From: an uncultured Alphaproteobacteria bacterium
Lineage (GTDB): Bacteria > Pseudomonadota > Alphaproteobacteria > Rhizobiales > Xanthobacteraceae
Direction of reading: 5' to 3'
DNA length: 64,000 nucleotides
NCBI GenBank assembly: GCA_963829315.1
Contig: CAWHIO010000027.1
Span: forward strand, 2,976 to 66,975
The notes under the pieces: model-generated
Told to the model about the DNA's origin: nothing
The model's database searches: none
The model's input: only the letters and a program-made list of their open reading frames with translations
Shown: piece after piece, positions 41,016-52,565 of the stretch
How positions within the stretch are numbered: position 1 is the stretch's first letter
Layout: every line of letters starts with the position of its first letter
Translations under genes and position numbers: made by a program

Positions 41016-41642
41016 CTAGTCGTCCGATTCGGGTCCGCACCAGCCGGGCAGATAGACCGCTTCCTTGCTTTTCGCCAGCGCCAGCGCTCTCTCGAGGGCT
41101 TTCTCGAAATCGCCTTCCACGTTCTTGCGCGACAATCGGCGGCGCAGGAAATCCGCCCACAGGAATTCGCTGAACGGCGTTGTATCCTTGGCAAAACCGC
41201 CGACCCGCCGCAATTCGCCGGCGAGGCTGCGGAATGGATCGTCCTTGAGGTCCACGACCGTTTTGGGGATATCGCGGTAGTGCTGGCGCTCGCCCCTGGC
41301 GTTGTACGGATAGACCCACCGGCGGTCGTCGAGCACCGCCCAGAACGCTTCGCGGTCGACCATGGTGAGGTCGGCCACGACGGTGACGAGAACATCCTTC
41401 ACGCCCTCCTCGTGAAGGGCGCGCGCCAGATGATGATGATCGATGACGTAGTAACGCTTGTCCGGCCCATGAACCACCGGGATCATGTGCTTGCCGAGTA
41501 GCTCGGCCTGCTTCCTTTTGGATTTGTGCTCCCGCCATCGCTTGCGCTTCTCTTTCACCTCCCGCATTCCGACCGTCATCTGGGTCGGACGGAGCGCGAG
41601 AATCGGAATTGGCTGAAGGATCGGTTCGCGGGTATTCGCCAT
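41016..41642 (-). CDS. ParB-like (ParBc_2-type) protein
   Basis: LRPTQMTVG, IDHHHL, DDPFRSLAG, PFSEFLWADFLR. Confidence 0.85.
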   Translation of the reverse strand: MANTREPILQPIPILALRPTQMTVGMREVKEKRKRWREHKSKRKQAELLGKHMIPVVHGPDKRYYVIDHHHLARALHEEGVKDVLVTVVADLTMVDREAFWAVLDDRRWVYPYNARGERQHYRDIPKTVVDLKDDPFRSLAGELRRVGGFAKDTTPFSEFLWADFLRRRLSRKNVEGDFEKALERALALAKSKEAVYLPGWCGPESDD

Positions 41643-41862
41643 GGACTTGAAATCCCCCTGTCGGAGCCAAAAATGTCGCTGCGATCGGGCCGATTATGGC
41701 ATGATGTTGCCGGCGATCAATTGCCTTTGCCCGGCGCGCAATCAGCAAAAGACGGGAAGCTTCCTTTGTGTCCGGTCGCGCCCTCAACTGTTAAAGAGCG
41801 CGTCAATTTTTCGCCAAGCCGCCCGCGCTTTGGCGATGATGCGCTGCCAAGAGAATCAGAAA

Positions 41863-42747
41863 ATGTTCAAGAACCACAGTGAGCAGATGTCGAAGGCGCG
41901 TGTCGTGCGAATTGGCAGCCGCGAAATCATTGCCGAGGGCCTTCGTCTCAACTTCTGGGCCGACATCAGCCATCGCTGCATGACGGCCTCGTGGCCGGCC
42001 TTTATCGGTGGGGCCGCGCTGGTATTTGTCGTCTTCAACGCGGTTTTCGCCGTGTTCTACTGGCTCGGAGATCAGCCGGTCTCCAACGTGCCGGGAAGCG
42101 CCTACATCGATTATCTCTATTTCAGCATCGAGACGCTTTCGACCGCCGGTTACGGCGACATGCACCCGCAGACCCATTACGGACATTTCGTCGCCGCGGT
42201 GGAGCTGTTCACGGGAATCTTCTCGATGTCGCTGATGACCGGGCTGATTTTTGCAAGGTTCTCGCGGCCGAATGCCCGACTGCTGTTCGCGAACACTCCG
42301 GTGATTTCCAGCCATGAAGGCAAGCCGACGCTGATGGTTCGCTTCGCCAACGAGCGCCACAACATCATCGGCAATGCCACCGCCAAGCTTTGGCTGCTTC
42401 AGAATGTCGTGAGTCAGGAGGGCCAGTCGCAGCGCAGGTTCTGTGAACTGCCACTGGTGCGAAACGAGCACCCCGCACTCGCGCTAAGCTGGACGCTCTA
42501 CCACGTCCTCGATGAGGCAAGCCCGCTTTACCGGCTTGGCGAGGCCGACTTTAGCGCAATGGGCGTATCACTTGTGGTTGTGGTGTCCGGGTATGACGTT
42601 ATTGCGGCGCAAACGGTTCATGCCCGAAGGTCCTACGATCATACCGATATTCGCTTTGGGCAGCGTTACGCCGATATCCTCGACACATCGGAGGACGGCC
42701 GGATTCGAATCGACTACGGCAAGTTCCATGAGACTTTGGACGAATAG
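41863..42747 (+). CDS. Inward-rectifier K+ channel (KirBac)
   Basis: FSIETLSTAGYGDMHP filter, FARFSRP, LMVRFANER. Confidence 0.92.
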   Translation: MFKNHSEQMSKARVVRIGSREIIAEGLRLNFWADISHRCMTASWPAFIGGAALVFVVFNAVFAVFYWLGDQPVSNVPGSAYIDYLYFSIETLSTAGYGDMHPQTHYGHFVAAVELFTGIFSMSLMTGLIFARFSRPNARLLFANTPVISSHEGKPTLMVRFANERHNIIGNATAKLWLLQNVVSQEGQSQRRFCELPLVRNEHPALALSWTLYHVLDEASPLYRLGEADFSAMGVSLVVVVSGYDVIAAQTVHARRSYDHTDIRFGQRYADILDTSEDGRIRIDYGKFHETLDE

Positions 42748-42828
42748 ATTCCCCTGGCCGGTTGCCGGGTCAAGATTTTCTGGGAGACGCGTCGCGAGCG
42801 TGCTAAATAACAACGGAATATCCCGGAG

Positions 42829-43185
42829 ATGGCAGCCGTGAAAACCCAGCGGCCCGTTATTTCAGCCTCTTCAGAAGATGAGCACCGCGTGCTCCAATTC
42901 CGGCCGCGTAACCTGGCTCCCACGGCGGGTCCGCGAAGAAACCTCGACGAACCGGTTCGCCAGTTCGAAGCCGCGAGCGATTTATCCCGCTACGAACATG
43001 ACCGGGAAGAACCCGATGATTTTCGCCATCGCATGCTGGCCAATGTGGCCGCTTTCGCGTTTACCTTCGCGCTGCTGGCGATTGGAATATGGCTCGCCGT
43101 GAGTATCGCCGAGCTACGCAGAACCCAGGACTGCGTGCTGATGGGGCGCCGCGACTGCGTGCGGATTTCCGCGCCACATCCTTAA
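42829..43185 (+). CDS. Small single-TM hypothetical protein
   Basis: DDFRHRM, one TM helix, QDC...GRRDC. Confidence 0.7.
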   Translation: MAAVKTQRPVISASSEDEHRVLQFRPRNLAPTAGPRRNLDEPVRQFEAASDLSRYEHDREEPDDFRHRMLANVAAFAFTFALLAIGIWLAVSIAELRRTQDCVLMGRRDCVRISAPHP

Positions 43186-43376
43186 GCATTTTCGGCCCCT
43201 TCCGGCTCGTTTGCCCCCAAATCCGGGGCCCGGGGCGGCGGCCACCTCCATTGAACTCAAGGCGGCGCTCCGATATACGGGCACTCAACTCCGGGTGGTG
43301 GATGGGGCATTCCGGGGCGGAGCGGCCGCCCTCCCAGGGCTCTGAAAATTATCTTCAATGTATCAAAGGCTTAGTG

Positions 43377-43658
43377 ATGTCCTCTACATTCGATCAGGTC
43401 GCAACGATTATCGCTGAAACCTGCGACATACCACGCGACACGATCACGCCGGAAAGCCACGCGATCGACGATTTGGGGATCGACAGCCTCGATTTTCTCG
43501 ACATCGCATTCGCCATCGACAAGGCGTTCGGCATCAAATTGCCGCTGGAAAAGTGGACCCAGGAAGTCAACGACGGCAAGGCGACCACCGAGCAGTATTT
43601 CGTCCTGAAGAACCTCAGCGCTCGCATCGACGAATTGGTCGCGGCCAAGGGGGCGTAA
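43377..43658 (+). CDS. acpXL: Acyl carrier protein for very-long-chain fatty acid
   Basis: [26 protein letters not shown]; gene context. Confidence 0.93.
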   Translation: MSSTFDQVATIIAETCDIPRDTITPESHAIDDLGIDSLDFLDIAFAIDKAFGIKLPLEKWTQEVNDGKATTEQYFVLKNLSARIDELVAAKGA

Positions 43659-43667
43659 CCGCCCGCC

Positions 43668-44141
43668 ATGAACCTCGAATATTTCCAGCTGATCGACCGT
43701 ATTCTCGAGCTCAACATCGGTGAGAAGACCATTACGGCCGAGGCGCAGGTTCCTACGCACAACACTATCTTTGAAGGGCATTTCCCGGGCCATCCCATCA
43801 TGCCCGGTGTGCTGCTGATCGAATCGATGGCGCAGACCTCCGGCTGGCTATTGCTCGCGCTGATGAGATTCGAGCGCATGCCGTTTCTGGCCGCGGTCAA
43901 GGAGGCCAAGATGCGCGGCTTCGTCACCCCCGGGGAGCTGCTGACGATCGACGCCAACATCCTTCACGAAGGCTCGGGTTATGCGATGACCGAAGCGCGG
44001 GTCAGGATCGGCGGCAAGCTGAAATGCAACGCGACGATCACGTTCAGCCACATTCCCTTCCCGAATCCGGATTTGCGCGGACACATGGACGCCGTGGCCA
44101 AGCGTATCGGCTTTCCGCAACAGGCTATCGCTGATGACTGA
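43668..44141 (+). CDS. fabZXL: 3-hydroxyacyl-ACP dehydratase
   Basis: FEGHFPG.PIMPGVLLIE. Confidence 0.88.
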   Translation: MNLEYFQLIDRILELNIGEKTITAEAQVPTHNTIFEGHFPGHPIMPGVLLIESMAQTSGWLLLALMRFERMPFLAAVKEAKMRGFVTPGELLTIDANILHEGSGYAMTEARVRIGGKLKCNATITFSHIPFPNPDLRGHMDAVAKRIGFPQQAIADD

Positions 44142-45343
44142 GACAAAATCTTCGAACCCGGGATCGGCGGAAGTCTGGATCACCGGCATCGGCCTGGCCA
44201 CCTCGCTTGGCGAGGGTCTGGACGCGCACTGGGACGCGCTCAATCAGCGGCAAATCAATGTCGATGAGAAGAGCTTTGCGCCCCACATCGTACATCCCTG
44301 GGCGCCGATCAACCTCGACACCCAGATTCCCAAGAAGGGCGACCAGCGTCAGATGGAGGCCTGGCAGCGCATCGGCACCTACGCCGCGGGGCTGGCGCTG
44401 GAGTCCGCCGGCGTCAAGGGCAACAAGGAAATCCTGGGACGGATGGACATGATCGTCGCTGCCGGCGGCGGCGAGCGCGATCTCGCCGTCGATTCCAACA
44501 TTCTCAATCTGGAAGCGAAGGGCAATTCGGCTCCCGGCTTTCTCAACGAGCGGCTGATGAACGACCTGCGTCCGACGCTGTTCCTGGCGCAGCTTTCGAA
44601 CCTGCTCGCCGGCAACATCGCCATCGTGCATGGGGTGACCGGCTCGTCGCGCACCTTCATGGGCGAGGAAGCCGCCGGCGTCGACGCCGCACGGATCGCC
44701 CTTGCACGCATCGCCGCCGGCCAGAGCGACATCGCGCTGATCGGCGGCTCGCAAAACGGCGAGCGCAAGGATCTGCTGGTGCTCTACGAGTTCGGCGGTT
44801 TCAATCTCAAGGACAAATTCGTTCCGGTTTGGGCGCGCGGCAAAAATGCCGGCTTTGCGCTCGGATCGGGCGGCGCATTTCTCGTGATCGAGTTCGAGGG
44901 CGCACGCGGAAGCGCGCGGCGCAAAGCCCTACGCGCGCCTGACCAATGTCGTCGCCGACATGGCGCGCCGCAAGCACCCCGGCGAGGTTACCTCGGCGCT
45001 GGAAGGGCTGTGGTCGAAGCTCGGCAAGCTTGCGGACAAGGGTGCCATCATCACTGGCGCGACCGGCGCCGAACCGGCGACCTCCGAGGAGAGCGCATTC
45101 CTCGGCGCCCACCCGGGCTTTGCGGTGCGGGCCACCGGAACGATGTTCGGTCATACGATGGAAACGCAATTTCCGTTGGGGCTGGCCCTTGCAGCGCTAT
45201 CGCTGTCGCGCGGCGCATTGTTTCCGCCCAACGATCCCACCGGGCTGGAGGTTGAAATGTCCACTCCGCCAACCCAGATTGTAGTGATCGGGACAGGTCA
45301 TTGGCGGGGCGAAGGCATGGCGCTGGTCGAAGCGATCAGGTGA
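44134..45343 (+). CDS. fabF2XL: Beta-ketoacyl-ACP synthase (frameshift ~44893)
   Basis: KKGDQRQME, LRPTLFLAQLSNL, TFMGEE; continues in ORF 44960..45343. Confidence 0.85.
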
Positions 45344-45370
45344 ATGCAACGCTGAATTGGCGGGGACAAC

Positions 45371-46652
45371 ATGACTGCTACGCGCGATAAGTTCGGACGG
45401 CCGATCGTCGTCGTCACGGGGATGGGCGTCGTGACATCGCTCGGGGCCGGCAAGGCCGACAACTGGAAGAAACTCACCGCCGGCGAATCCGGCATCCGCA
45501 CCATTACGCGTTTTCCCACCGAAGGGTTGAGGACGACGATGGCCGGAACGGTCGATTTCATTCCGGTCGAGCCGTTCTCCTCCACCGACCTTTCCGAACG
45601 GCTCGGCGAGGTCGCCGCCGAAGAAGCCATCGCCCAGGCCGATATCGGGACCAAGGGTAATTTTCCCGGCCCGCTGTTTCTTGCGGTAGCCCCCGTCGAG
45701 GTCGAGTGGCCGCAACGCCAGGAACTCGGGCGCGCGATCGGGGCCGGCACCGAAGTCGATTATGATGCGATGCTGCGGGTCAGCGGCGGCGGAAGATATA
45801 CGCAATTTCACCAGCGATTCCTGTTCGGCTCGGTCGCCGATTATCTCGCCGGGACGTTCGGCACCAAGGGGTCGCCGATTTCACTGTCCACCGCATGCGC
45901 ATCCGGCGCCAGCGCCATCCAGCTCGGCGTCGAAGCGATTCGCCGCGGCGAGGCGGACGCCGCGCTTTGCGTTGCGACCGACGGGTCGGTCAATCCGGAA
46001 GCCCTGGTCCGGTTCTCGTTGCTGTCGGCGCTCTCGACCCACAACGATCCGCCCCAGGCCGCGGTCCGGCCGTTTGCTAAGAACCGCGACGGTTTTGTCA
46101 TGGCCGAAGGTGCGGGCGCGCTGGTGCTGGAGAGCTATGAGGCCGCCACCGCGCGCGGCGCGACCATTCTCGGCATCGTTGCCGGCTGCGGCGAACTGGC
46201 GGAACTCTTTCCACCGCACCCGCTCCAGCCCCGACGGCAAGCCGATCATCGGCTGCGTGCGCAATGCATTGGCCGACGCCGGCCTCGCCTCCGACCAGAT
46301 CGACTACATCAACGCCCACGGCACCGGCACGCCCGAGAACGACAAGATGGAATATCTCGGCATATCGAGCGTGTTCGGCGAACGCGCCAAGCAGATTCCG
46401 GTGTCGTCCAACAAATCGATGGTCGGGCACACACTCTCCGCCGCAGGCGCCGTCGAGGCCGTGTTCTCGCTGCTGACGCTTGAGCACCAGCGGATTCCGC
46501 CGACGATCAATTACGATGTTCCGGACCCGGCGATTCCCTTCGACGTGGTTCCCAACAAGGCCCGCGATGCCCGCGTCACCGCGGTGATGTCGAATTCGTT
46601 CGGCTTCGGCGGCCAGAATGCCGTGCTGATTCTGACGCGTGAACCGGTTTAA
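45371..46652 (+). CDS. fabF1XL: Beta-ketoacyl-ACP synthase (frameshift ~46203)
   Basis: STACASG, NAHGTGT, KSMVGH, SNSFGFGGQN. Confidence 0.87.
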
Positions 46653-46727
46653 CCGGCGAAACGCCCCTCCGGTGCAAAAGCGCATGGCCAGCCGGAAAGC
46701 GTCCGGCACAATCGTCGTTGGTTTCTG

Positions 46728-47661
46728 ATGCATCCCCTGCTGCTTCGCACCCGAGCCCGCATTCGCGACGCGACCAAGCCGATCGGCGAAGCCGCGGTCG
46801 GTGCGCTGACCATCGGACTTCTGCGCACCACCCGCTATTTCGATCCGATCAAGACGGCGAACCTGTTCGGCCGGATCGCCGGCTGGATCGGTCCCTTGAC
46901 GCGCGAACACAAGACGGCCCGTGCCAATCTGACGGCCGCCTTCCCTGAAAAATCACCCGAAGAAATCGAGACCATTCTTGCCGGCGTCTGGGACAATCTC
47001 GGCCGCTACGGCGCCGAATTCGCCCACCTCGATCATGTCTGGGAGCACGACCCCGCCCGTCCCGAAGACAGCCGGATCGAAATTCAGCCCCGTACCCACG
47101 AATTGTTTGCGCAACTGCGGCTCGACGGCAAGCCGGCGCTGATCTTTGCTAGTCATCTCGGCAGCTTCGAATTGGCCGCTGTGGCCGCGGTCGCGCATGG
47201 TCTGGATACCGCTGTCCTGTTTCGTCGCCCTAACATCGCTTCGGCCGACCGCATCATCGAGGAGATCCGCGCGGTGAAGATGGGAACGCTGATTCCGGCC
47301 GGTCGGGATGCGCCATTCAAGCTGGCGGAGGCCCTGCAAAAAGGTCAGCACGTCGCCATTCTGGTCGACCAGTAGTTTACCAACGGCGTCGATGTCACGT
47401 TCTTCGGCCGCAAGACCAAGGCCAATCCGACGCTGGCGCGGCTGCTGCGGCAGATCGAGTGCCCCATCCATGGCGTGCGCATTATCCGCCTGCCCGGCCA
47501 TCGCTTTCCGCGCCGAACTGTCCGAAGAGGTAAAGCCGGTCCGTGACGCAACGGGACAAATCGATATTCAGGGCACGATGCAGGCGATTACGTCGGTGAT
47601 CGAGGGCTGGATTCGGGAATATCCGGATCAATGGTGGTGGGTGCATCGCCGCTGGCGCTGA
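46728..47661 (+). CDS. lpxXL: Lipid A VLCFA acyltransferase (in-frame TAG at 47373, frameshift ~47505)
   Basis: ASHLGSFE (H-x4-E), LVDQ, YPDQWWWVHRRWR. Confidence 0.83.
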
Positions 47662-47680
47662 CTTGCGCTGCTACATCGAA

Positions 47681-47765
47681 CGTCATTGCGAGGAGCGCAA
47701 GCGACGAAGCAATCCAGCTGTCACTTCCCGCGCTCTGGATCGCTTCGCTTTCGCTCGCAATGACG
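47681..47765. repeat. REP-like palindromic element between convergent genes
   Basis: CGTCATTGCGAG...GAAGCAATCCAG / CTGGATCGCTTC...CTCGCAATGACG inverted arms. Confidence 0.8.
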
Positions 47766-47767
47766 GA

Positions 47768-48880
47768 TTAGCGTCCCGTCTTGACCCTGGTCCAAAGCCG
47801 GTTGATGACGCGTTGCGTCGCAGGATCGCGCGCGGTGATCACGAACAGTTTTGCAAGCGTTGCCTGGTCCGGATAGATGTTCCTGTCATCGAGAATCCCG
47901 GGGTCGATCAGCTTCTGGCTCGCCAGATTGCCGTTGGCGTAGGACAGAAAGTTCGAGTTCTTGGCGGCCACCTCGGGCCGGTAGAGATAATTTATCAGCT
48001 CATAGGCTTCGCGGACGTTCCTGGCGTCGGCGGGAATCGCCAGATTGTCGAAGAACATCTGCGCGCCCTCCTTCGGGATGGCGTAGCCGATCGCGATATC
48101 GCTTTTCGCTTCCGCCGCGCGGCTTCGCGCCTGCATGATGTCGCCCGACCAACCCACCACGAGGCAGATCTCTCCGGTGGCAAGCGCGCTCAGATATTCG
48201 GAGGAATGAAACTTGCGGACAAAGGGGCGGATTTTGATGACGAGATCGGCGGCCTTTTCCAGATCCGCCTGTTTGGTCGAATTTGGATCGAGCCCGAGAT
48301 AGCCCAACGCCGCCGGAAAAATATCGTCGGCGGAATCCAGCATGTGAACGCCGCAATCCTTGAACCTGGCGAGGTTCTCCGGCTTGAACACGATATCCCA
48401 ACTGTCGATCCTGGCGTCGGGGCCGAGGATTTTCTGCACCATTTTGACGTTGTAACCGATGCCCGTGGTGCCCCACATGTAGTTGGCGGCATATTGATTG
48501 CCGGGATCGTAGATGGCGAGCCGCCCGGTCACCACCGGCCAGGCATTGGCGAGGTTCGGCAATTTCGACTTGTCGAGCTTCTGGAAAACCCCGGCCTTGA
48601 TCTGGCGTTGCAGGAAATAAGCCGTCGGCACCACCACATCGTAGCCCGATTTTCCCGCCAGCAACCGCGTTTCCAGCGTCTCGTTGGCGTCGAACGTGTC
48701 GTAGACGACCTTGATCCCGGTTTCCCGGGTGAAGTCCTCGAGCACGCCTGGTGCCACGTAATTCGACCAATTGTAGAAGTTGACGGTGCGCTCCTCCGCC
48801 CTTGCAGGCGCGAGCCATGCGAACACCGCGGCGATCGCGACGGCGCATCGGATTTGCATGCAGGTCGGGCCGCGCCGCAT
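47768..48880 (-). CDS. potF: Polyamine ABC substrate-binding protein (PotF/PotD family)
   Basis: NFYNWSNY, FTRETGIKV, SGYDVVVP, YMWGTTGIGYN, PKEGA. Confidence 0.85.
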   Translation of the reverse strand: MRRGPTCMQIRCAVAIAAVFAWLAPARAEERTVNFYNWSNYVAPGVLEDFTRETGIKVVYDTFDANETLETRLLAGKSGYDVVVPTAYFLQRQIKAGVFQKLDKSKLPNLANAWPVVTGRLAIYDPGNQYAANYMWGTTGIGYNVKMVQKILGPDARIDSWDIVFKPENLARFKDCGVHMLDSADDIFPAALGYLGLDPNSTKQADLEKAADLVIKIRPFVRKFHSSEYLSALATGEICLVVGWSGDIMQARSRAAEAKSDIAIGYAIPKEGAQMFFDNLAIPADARNVREAYELINYLYRPEVAAKNSNFLSYANGNLASQKLIDPGILDDRNIYPDQATLAKLFVITARDPATQRVINRLWTRVKTGR

Positions 48881-48892
48881 CGGTCTTGCCTC

Positions 48893-50056
48893 CTATCGAC
48901 GGTGCACCGCGTCGGACAGCCGCTCCAGCGCGGTATCAAGGGTGGCATCCTTCTTGGCGAAACAGAAACGCACCACCGACGTGACGGCATCCTGTTCGTA
49001 GAATGCCGATACCGGAATCGCCGCGACCTTGTAGTCGGTGACGATGCGCTTGCAGAACGCCTCGTCGGTCTCGTTGAGGCCGAGCGGCGAAAGATCGACG
49101 GTGAGGAAATAGGTGCCCTGCGAGCGAAGCACCGGGAAGCCGATGCGCTGCAATCCTTCCGTCAGACGGTCGCGGCTGCGCGCCAGATCCTTGCGCATCT
49201 GGTGAAAATAATCCGCCGGCTTGCCGAGGCCATAGGCGACCGCGACCTGAAGATTGGGCGCGGTGGTGAAGGTGAGGAACTGGTGCACCTTCGCCGCCAC
49301 GCGCAACAGCGGCGGCGCGGCGCAGACAAAACCGATCTTCCAGCCGGTCAGGGAAAAGATCTTGCCCGCGGAACCGACCTTGATGGTGCGATCACGCATT
49401 CCCGGGATGGTGATCAGCGGAATATGCTCGCGGCCATCGAAGATCACATGCTCCCAGACCTCGTCGCAGATCGCGATCGTATCGAACTCCTGACAAAACC
49501 GCGCCAGCAGTTCGAGGTCCTCGCGCGGATAGACCACCGCGGCGGGGTTGAGCGGGTTGTTGAAGAGGACGGCCTTGGTCTTGTGGTTGAATACGCCTCG
49601 CAGCGCCTGCTCGGTCAATCGCCAGTGCGGCGGCTCGAGGCGCACCAGGCGCGGGATGCCTCCGGCCTGGCGGATGATCGGCAGGTAGGAGTTGTATACC
49701 GGCTGGAACACCACCACCTCGTCGCCGGGCTCGACGACGGCCAGAATCGCCGATGTCAGCGCCTCGGTGCCACCCGAGGTCACCATCACCTCGGTCATCG
49801 GATCGAGCGCGATGCGGTGCCAGCGCTCGTAATGGGCGGAAATCGCCTGACGCAACTCCGGGATGCCCATCATCGACGGGTATTGGTTGTAGCCGTCCAT
49901 CACCGCGTCCGCGGCGGCACGGCGAATGTCTTCCGGCCCGGGATCGTCCGGGAAACCCTGGCCGAGATTGATCGCGTTGTTGTCGCGCGCGAGCTGCGAC
50001 ATCGCCTCGAAGATCGTGACGGGCAGATCCGCAAATACCTTGTTCATGGAAGTCAT
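48893..50056 (-). CDS. PLP-dependent class I/II aminotransferase
   Basis: INLGQGFPD, NPLNP, DEVW, SAGKIFSLTGWKIG. Confidence 0.92.
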   Translation of the reverse strand: MTSMNKVFADLPVTIFEAMSQLARDNNAINLGQGFPDDPGPEDIRRAAADAVMDGYNQYPSMMGIPELRQAISAHYERWHRIALDPMTEVMVTSGGTEALTSAILAVVEPGDEVVVFQPVYNSYLPIIRQAGGIPRLVRLEPPHWRLTEQALRGVFNHKTKAVLFNNPLNPAAVVYPREDLELLARFCQEFDTIAICDEVWEHVIFDGREHIPLITIPGMRDRTIKVGSAGKIFSLTGWKIGFVCAAPPLLRVAAKVHQFLTFTTAPNLQVAVAYGLGKPADYFHQMRKDLARSRDRLTEGLQRIGFPVLRSQGTYFLTVDLSPLGLNETDEAFCKRIVTDYKVAAIPVSAFYEQDAVTSVVRFCFAKKDATLDTALERLSDAVHRR

Positions 50057-50065
50057 GGCAAACGA

Positions 50066-50401
50066 TCAGCCGCCGGACCTGGTCGGCAAACCCGCGGCCT
50101 TCCAGGCCAGCATCCCGCCCGCCAGGTGCTTGTCATGGGCAAGACCGCCGGCTTGCGCAGCCAATGAAGCCGTCACCGATCGCTTGCCGGAACGGCAGGC
50201 GAAAACCACCTGCTTGCCTTGCGGATCGGGAATGCCCAGCGGATCGAAGGTCGACAGCGGAACCACGACCGCGCCGGGATAGGCGTCCACGGCGACTTCG
50301 TTCGGCTCGCGGACGTCGACCAGCAGATAGCGCCCGTCGGCCATCCCCTTCGATACCTCTTCCGGCGTCAAATCGTGAACCCGATGCCCCTGATCCGCCA
50401 C
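50066..50401 (-). CDS. Rhodanese-like protein
   Basis: LVDVREPNE, CRSGKRS, LAGGMLAW. Confidence 0.9.
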   Translation of the reverse strand: MADQGHRVHDLTPEEVSKGMADGRYLLVDVREPNEVAVDAYPGAVVVPLSTFDPLGIPDPQGKQVVFACRSGKRSVTASLAAQAGGLAHDKHLAGGMLAWKAAGLPTRSGG

Positions 50402-50517
50402 TCAAACCCTCCCTGCGGCCCGATTGATATTCCGCGGCCAACCGTCGCCTCTCGCGGGATGAAAATCAAGCGCGGAAGGCAGATCGAGCGCCGGTCCAAA
50501 GGCCTGGAGTCCATGGC

Positions 50518-52443
50518 CTAGATGGTGACCTGCGTTCCGACCTCGACCACTCGTCCGCTGGGAATCTGGAAATAATCAGTGGCATCGTTGGCGGTACGGC
50601 TCAGCGCGATGAAGAGGTGATCCTGCCAGCGCGGCATTCCGGAATGCGCCGCCGGCTTCAGCGCACGCCGCGACAGGAAGAACGACGTCGACATGATATC
50701 GAATTGCCAGCCGAGCTTTCGCGCGATCGCCAGCGCCTTCGGCACGTTCGGCGATTCCATAAATCCAAACCGCAACGTCACCTTGGTGAAGGTGGCGCTG
50801 ACCTGTTCCAGCCTGACCCGCTCGGTCGGGTCGATCCGCGGCGTCGGCGCGGTTTCGATGGTGAGGATGACGTTCTTCTCATGCAGCACCTTGTAGTGCT
50901 TCAGACTGTGCATCAGCGCGGTCGGCGCGCTGATCGGATCGCTGGTGAGAAAGACGGCGGTGCCGGAAACCCGCTGCGGCGGCCGCTTTTCCAGCATCGC
51001 CACCAGATCGGCCAGCGGAAACTCCAGCTTGCGCGATTTGTCGAACAACAGCCGGCTGCCACGCCGCCAGGTGTACATCAACATCATCACCACCGCGCCC
51101 AGCGCCAGCGGCACCCAGCCGCCTTCCAGCACCTTCAGGAGGTTCGCGGCGAGAAAGGTGAGATCGAGAAACAGAAATGGTGCAATCAGCGCTGCGGCCG
51201 CGAACGGCGACCATTTCCATACGCGCCAGATCACGACAAAACCCATCATCGCGGTGACCACCATGGTGCCGGTGACCGAAATGCCGTAGGCCGATGCGAG
51301 CGCGCTTGACGAACGGAACATCAGCACCAGCAGCGTCACGGCCACCAGCAGCAGCATGTTGATGCGCGGAATATAGATCTGGCCGGAATGGGCTTCCGAG
51401 GTGTGGCGGATTTCAAATCTCGGCAGCAGGCCGAGTTGTATGGCCTGGCGCGTCAGGGAATAGGCGCCGGTGATCACGGCCTGGCTGGCGATCACGGTCG
51501 CGATCGTGGCGAGGGCCACCATCGGAATCAGCGCCCACTCCGGGAACATCAGGAAGAACGGGTTTTCGATCGCTTTGGGGTCGGCGATGACGAGAGCGCC
51601 CTGCCCCAGATAATTCAGCGCCAGCGACGGCAGCACAATGAAGAGCCACGCGGTCTGGATCGGCCGTTTGCCAAAATGCCCGAGGTCGGCATAGAGCGCC
51701 TCGGCTCCGGTGACCGCGAGAAACACGGCACCGAGCGTGACAAAGCCGATAATGCCGTGGTGGAGCATAAAGGTGACGGCCAACAGGGGATTGAGCGCAA
51801 ACAGCACCTCGGGATGCCGCATGATCGGGACGATCGACCCGATGGCGATCACGCCGAACCAGACGCACATCACCGGCCCAAAGAACGCCGCCACGCGCGC
51901 GGTGCCCCGCGACTGGGCCGCGAACAGCACGAACAGGATAAGCACCGTGAGCGGCACCACATAGGGTTCGAACGCCGCGGTGACGAGCTTGATGCCTTCG
52001 ACCGCCGACAGCACCGACAGCGCCGGCGTGATCACCGCGTCGCCGTAGAACAGCGCACCGCTGACGATCCCGAGCAGCACGATGGCGCCGGCGCCGTGGG
52101 TGACCGCGCGTTGCGCAAGCGCCATCAGCGCCAGTGTTCCGCCCTCGCCGTGGTTGTCCGCCCGAAGCAGGATCAGCACGTATTTCAGCGTCACGACGAT
52201 AATCAGCGCCCACAGGATCAGCGAGACGACCCCGAGGACCGCCTGCGGTTCGACGACGCCGGAGGGCCCGCTGGCCGCCACCACGGCTTCCCGGAGCGCG
52301 TAAAGCGGACTGGTGCCGATGTCGCCGTAGACGACACCGATGCTGCCGACCAGGAGGGCTTTGAAGCCTGCGGTGGAATGGGCCTCACCATGCCCATTGG
52401 CCGCCGTCGTTTCCGGGGCGGGAACTACAATATCGATGGTCAT
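50518..52443 (-). CDS. kup: K+ uptake transporter Kup
   Basis: [26 protein letters not shown]. Confidence 0.95.
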   Translation of the reverse strand: MTIDIVVPAPETTAANGHGEAHSTAGFKALLVGSIGVVYGDIGTSPLYALREAVVAASGPSGVVEPQAVLGVVSLILWALIIVVTLKYVLILLRADNHGEGGTLALMALAQRAVTHGAGAIVLLGIVSGALFYGDAVITPALSVLSAVEGIKLVTAAFEPYVVPLTVLILFVLFAAQSRGTARVAAFFGPVMCVWFGVIAIGSIVPIMRHPEVLFALNPLLAVTFMLHHGIIGFVTLGAVFLAVTGAEALYADLGHFGKRPIQTAWLFIVLPSLALNYLGQGALVIADPKAIENPFFLMFPEWALIPMVALATIATVIASQAVITGAYSLTRQAIQLGLLPRFEIRHTSEAHSGQIYIPRINMLLLVAVTLLVLMFRSSSALASAYGISVTGTMVVTAMMGFVVIWRVWKWSPFAAAALIAPFLFLDLTFLAANLLKVLEGGWVPLALGAVVMMLMYTWRRGSRLLFDKSRKLEFPLADLVAMLEKRPPQRVSGTAVFLTSDPISAPTALMHSLKHYKVLHEKNVILTIETAPTPRIDPTERVRLEQVSATFTKVTLRFGFMESPNVPKALAIARKLGWQFDIMSTSFFLSRRALKPAAHSGMPRWQDHLFIALSRTANDATDYFQIPSGRVVEVGTQVTI

Positions 52444-52565
52444 GGGAATGGGAGCCTCAAGGTGCTTCACTGCACAATAGCAAAGCGAGCCGGCTTATAG
52501 CCCTGCGCTTAAAGCATAGCCTAGCCCGATTTTGAGTTAATGCCATGCAAAAATTGCATGGATCG

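Noticed and set aside
41016-41642. Partition system
   Set aside because: No parA or parS array, and the protein is a short ParB-like catalytic-domain family member.
44890-46207. Programmed frameshifting or pseudogenes in the fabF genes
   Set aside because: No slippery sites; the shared GACTC>GAACTC signature points to a systematic sequencing error.
47663-50167. 834-aa plus-strand ORF and similar long antisense ORFs (21792-23360, 25152-26765, 29214-30779)
   Set aside because: These are shadow ORFs opposite well-supported genes, as expected in high-GC DNA, and show no motifs.
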